DNA from: Chrysochromulina tobinii
Taxonomy: Eukaryota
NCBI GenBank assembly: GCA_001275005.1
Contig: JWZX01002939.1
Span: 1-38,918 of the forward strand
Length of the DNA stretch: 38,918 bases
Reading direction: 5' to 3'
Below, in pieces: positions 37,523-38,918 of this stretch. The notes below the pieces were generated by a model. It was not told where the DNA came from. It saw only the letters and a list, made by a program, of their open reading frames with translations, and did not search any database. Position 1 is the first letter of the stretch; each line of letters starts with the position of its first letter. The position numbers and the translations under genes were made by a program.

Positions 37523-38918
37523 ATGCCTGCGCGCGCGTTCCGCCGCCGCCGCAAAGCGGACGAAGAGGGTGCGCCGGCCGACGAGACTGCGCAGCCAGTC
37601 GCGGTTCCTCCGGCGAAGAAGGCCAAGCCCAAGCAGGTCTCCTCGGGTGGCGGTGCGGCGCTCTCCTTTGACCTCGAGGATGAGGGCGAGGCCTTCCAGG
37701 TCTCGAAGAAGAAGAAGAAGCTCGCACGGCTAGAGATTCCGAGCCGTGACGGAGACAACGACGCGGAGCCCGCTGGCGCATCTCGAACGGGCGCGTACAC
37801 CGCTGAAATGCTCGCAAAGCTGCGCGCGTCTCAGCAATTTCGTGCGGCGCCGAGCGGCAAGGATGATGGCGAGCCATTGGCGGGCGACGTGCTTCCAGGC
37901 GAGGCGGAGGGCGCGGGCGGAGACGCGGTGCCGGACGCTGAGGCCATCCGGATCGCTCGCGCACGGCGTGAGCGTGCGCGGCGCGAGGGCAAGGAGATTG
38001 AGGAGGATGCGGCGGCCGACAGCCAGACGGAGCGCTACATCGCGCTGCTGCCTCGGCGGCGGCGGCCGGGCGAGGTGGGCGAGGACGAGGAGGAGGGCGA
38101 GGAGGGCGACGAGGGCGGCGGCGCGTCCAAGGGCGAGAGCCGGCAGGTACGCGAGGAGGACGTCGACGAGGAGGACACCATCTTTGAGAGCCAGCAAGGC
38201 CCACGACTCGCCTTCGGGCGGCCTCTCGAGGAAGGTGCGCTCCATACGGCGCGAGGTCCGCCGACGATCGTGGGTGGGGGGCGCGGGGCGCACGGCGCGG
38301 CAGCCGGCGAAGGCTGGCGCGGCAGCGGCCGTCGCGGCGGCGGCGGCCGAGGTGCTCTGGAGGTGGTCGAGCTCGACGCGGAGGAGGAGAGCGACCATGC
38401 GAGCGCCGCGGCCCCGCGTGTCAACGGCCATCCAGATGCCAACGGTCGGGGCGGCATCGTCGGCCTGGGGGCTGACGGCTCCTCTGGCGGCGGCAGCGGC
38501 ACAGCGGCGGCCGACGCGGCCGCGGAGGAGGCGATCGCCGAGCGTGCGGCGCGCGTGGTGAGCGGGAGCGCGGGCACTTTGGTGGTGGAGCGGCTTGCGG
38601 CGGAAGTGACACGCCTCGAAGCGTCTGTGGTACTCCAGAGGCAGGAGCTCGACGGCACGCAACGGCTGCTCGAGGCGAGCGCCGACGACGTCACGCGGCT
38701 CGAGGATGTGCTCGACACGGCGCTGGGTGACTTTGGGCTGCTGCAGCGCGCGCAGGCGTATACCGAAGACTTGCTCGACTGCCTGCAGGAGAAGGCACCC
38801 CTCATCGAACGGGCAGAAGCGGCGCTGCACGCGGCGCTCGAGCAGGGCAGCCGCGCCCACCGCGACGCTTTTGAGGTGCTCGAGGCGGCAGAGCGTGCGC
38901 GCGCGCAGGTGGTGCTGC
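37523..38918 (+). CDS. PAXBP1/GCFC2/ILP1-like (Ntr2-related) splicing factor, 5' part; runs off the window end
   Basis: Not in the ORF track because it is open-ended. My translation from ATG 37523: MPARAFRRRRK...LSFDLEDE...GAYTAEMLAKLR...VPDAEAIRIARARRERAR...YIAL...SRQVREED...QAYTEDLLDCLQEKAPLIE, matching the family's motif order. Confidence 0.8.
   Translation, partial: MPARAFRRRRKADEEGAPADETAQPVAVPPAKKAKPKQVSSGGGAALSFDLEDEGEAFQVSKKKKKLARLEIPSRDGDNDAEPAGASRTGAYTAEMLAKLRASQQFRAAPSGKDDGEPLAGDVLPGEAEGAGGDAVPDAEAIRIARARRERARREGKEIEEDAAADSQTERYIALLPRRRRPGEVGEDEEEGEEGDEGGGASKGESRQVREEDVDEEDTIFESQQGPRLAFGRPLEEGALHTARGPPTIVGGGRGAHGAAAGEGWRGSGRRGGGGRGALEVVELDAEEESDHASAAAPRVNGHPDANGRGGIVGLGADGSSGGGSGTAAADAAAEEAIAERAARVVSGSAGTLVVERLAAEVTRLEASVVLQRQELDGTQRLLEASADDVTRLEDVLDTALGDFGLLQRAQAYTEDLLDCLQEKAPLIERAEAALHAALEQGSRAHRDAFEVLEAAERARAQVVL

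Noticed and set aside
37730..38860. Long ORFs 37730-38860(-), 37746-38561(+) and 38035-38805(-)
   Set aside because: Shadow frames of the real gene starting at 37523

Overview
GC-rich, gene-dense eukaryotic nuclear DNA with few introns. Four GT-AG introns can be read directly. The gene content and composition resemble an alga such as a haptophyte, but this is inference. About 16 protein genes and one Pol III tRNA-Gly(GCC) gene are present, many in tight head-to-head pairs. No CRISPR array, rRNA or recognisable transposase was seen. Housekeeping genes are glucosidase II alpha (GH31), RPF1, acylpeptide hydrolase, a NOG1-like GTPase, an RlmD/TrmA methyltransferase and a PAXBP1/ILP1-like splicing factor (missed by the ORF track). 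The most interesting content is a candidate His-Asp-to-Ser/Thr signalling system with two parts. One is a cytosolic 'unorthodox' hybrid histidine kinase (PAS-PAS-HisKA-HATPase-REC-pseudoHPt-HPt-HPt) whose second PAS domain is interrupted by a +1 frame change at CUU-UAG-U. The other, 15 kb away, is an IRE/Rim15/Greatwall-type kinase carrying an N-terminal PRR/ARR-like receiver with an intact Asp. All calls come from reading motifs by eye; no searches were run.
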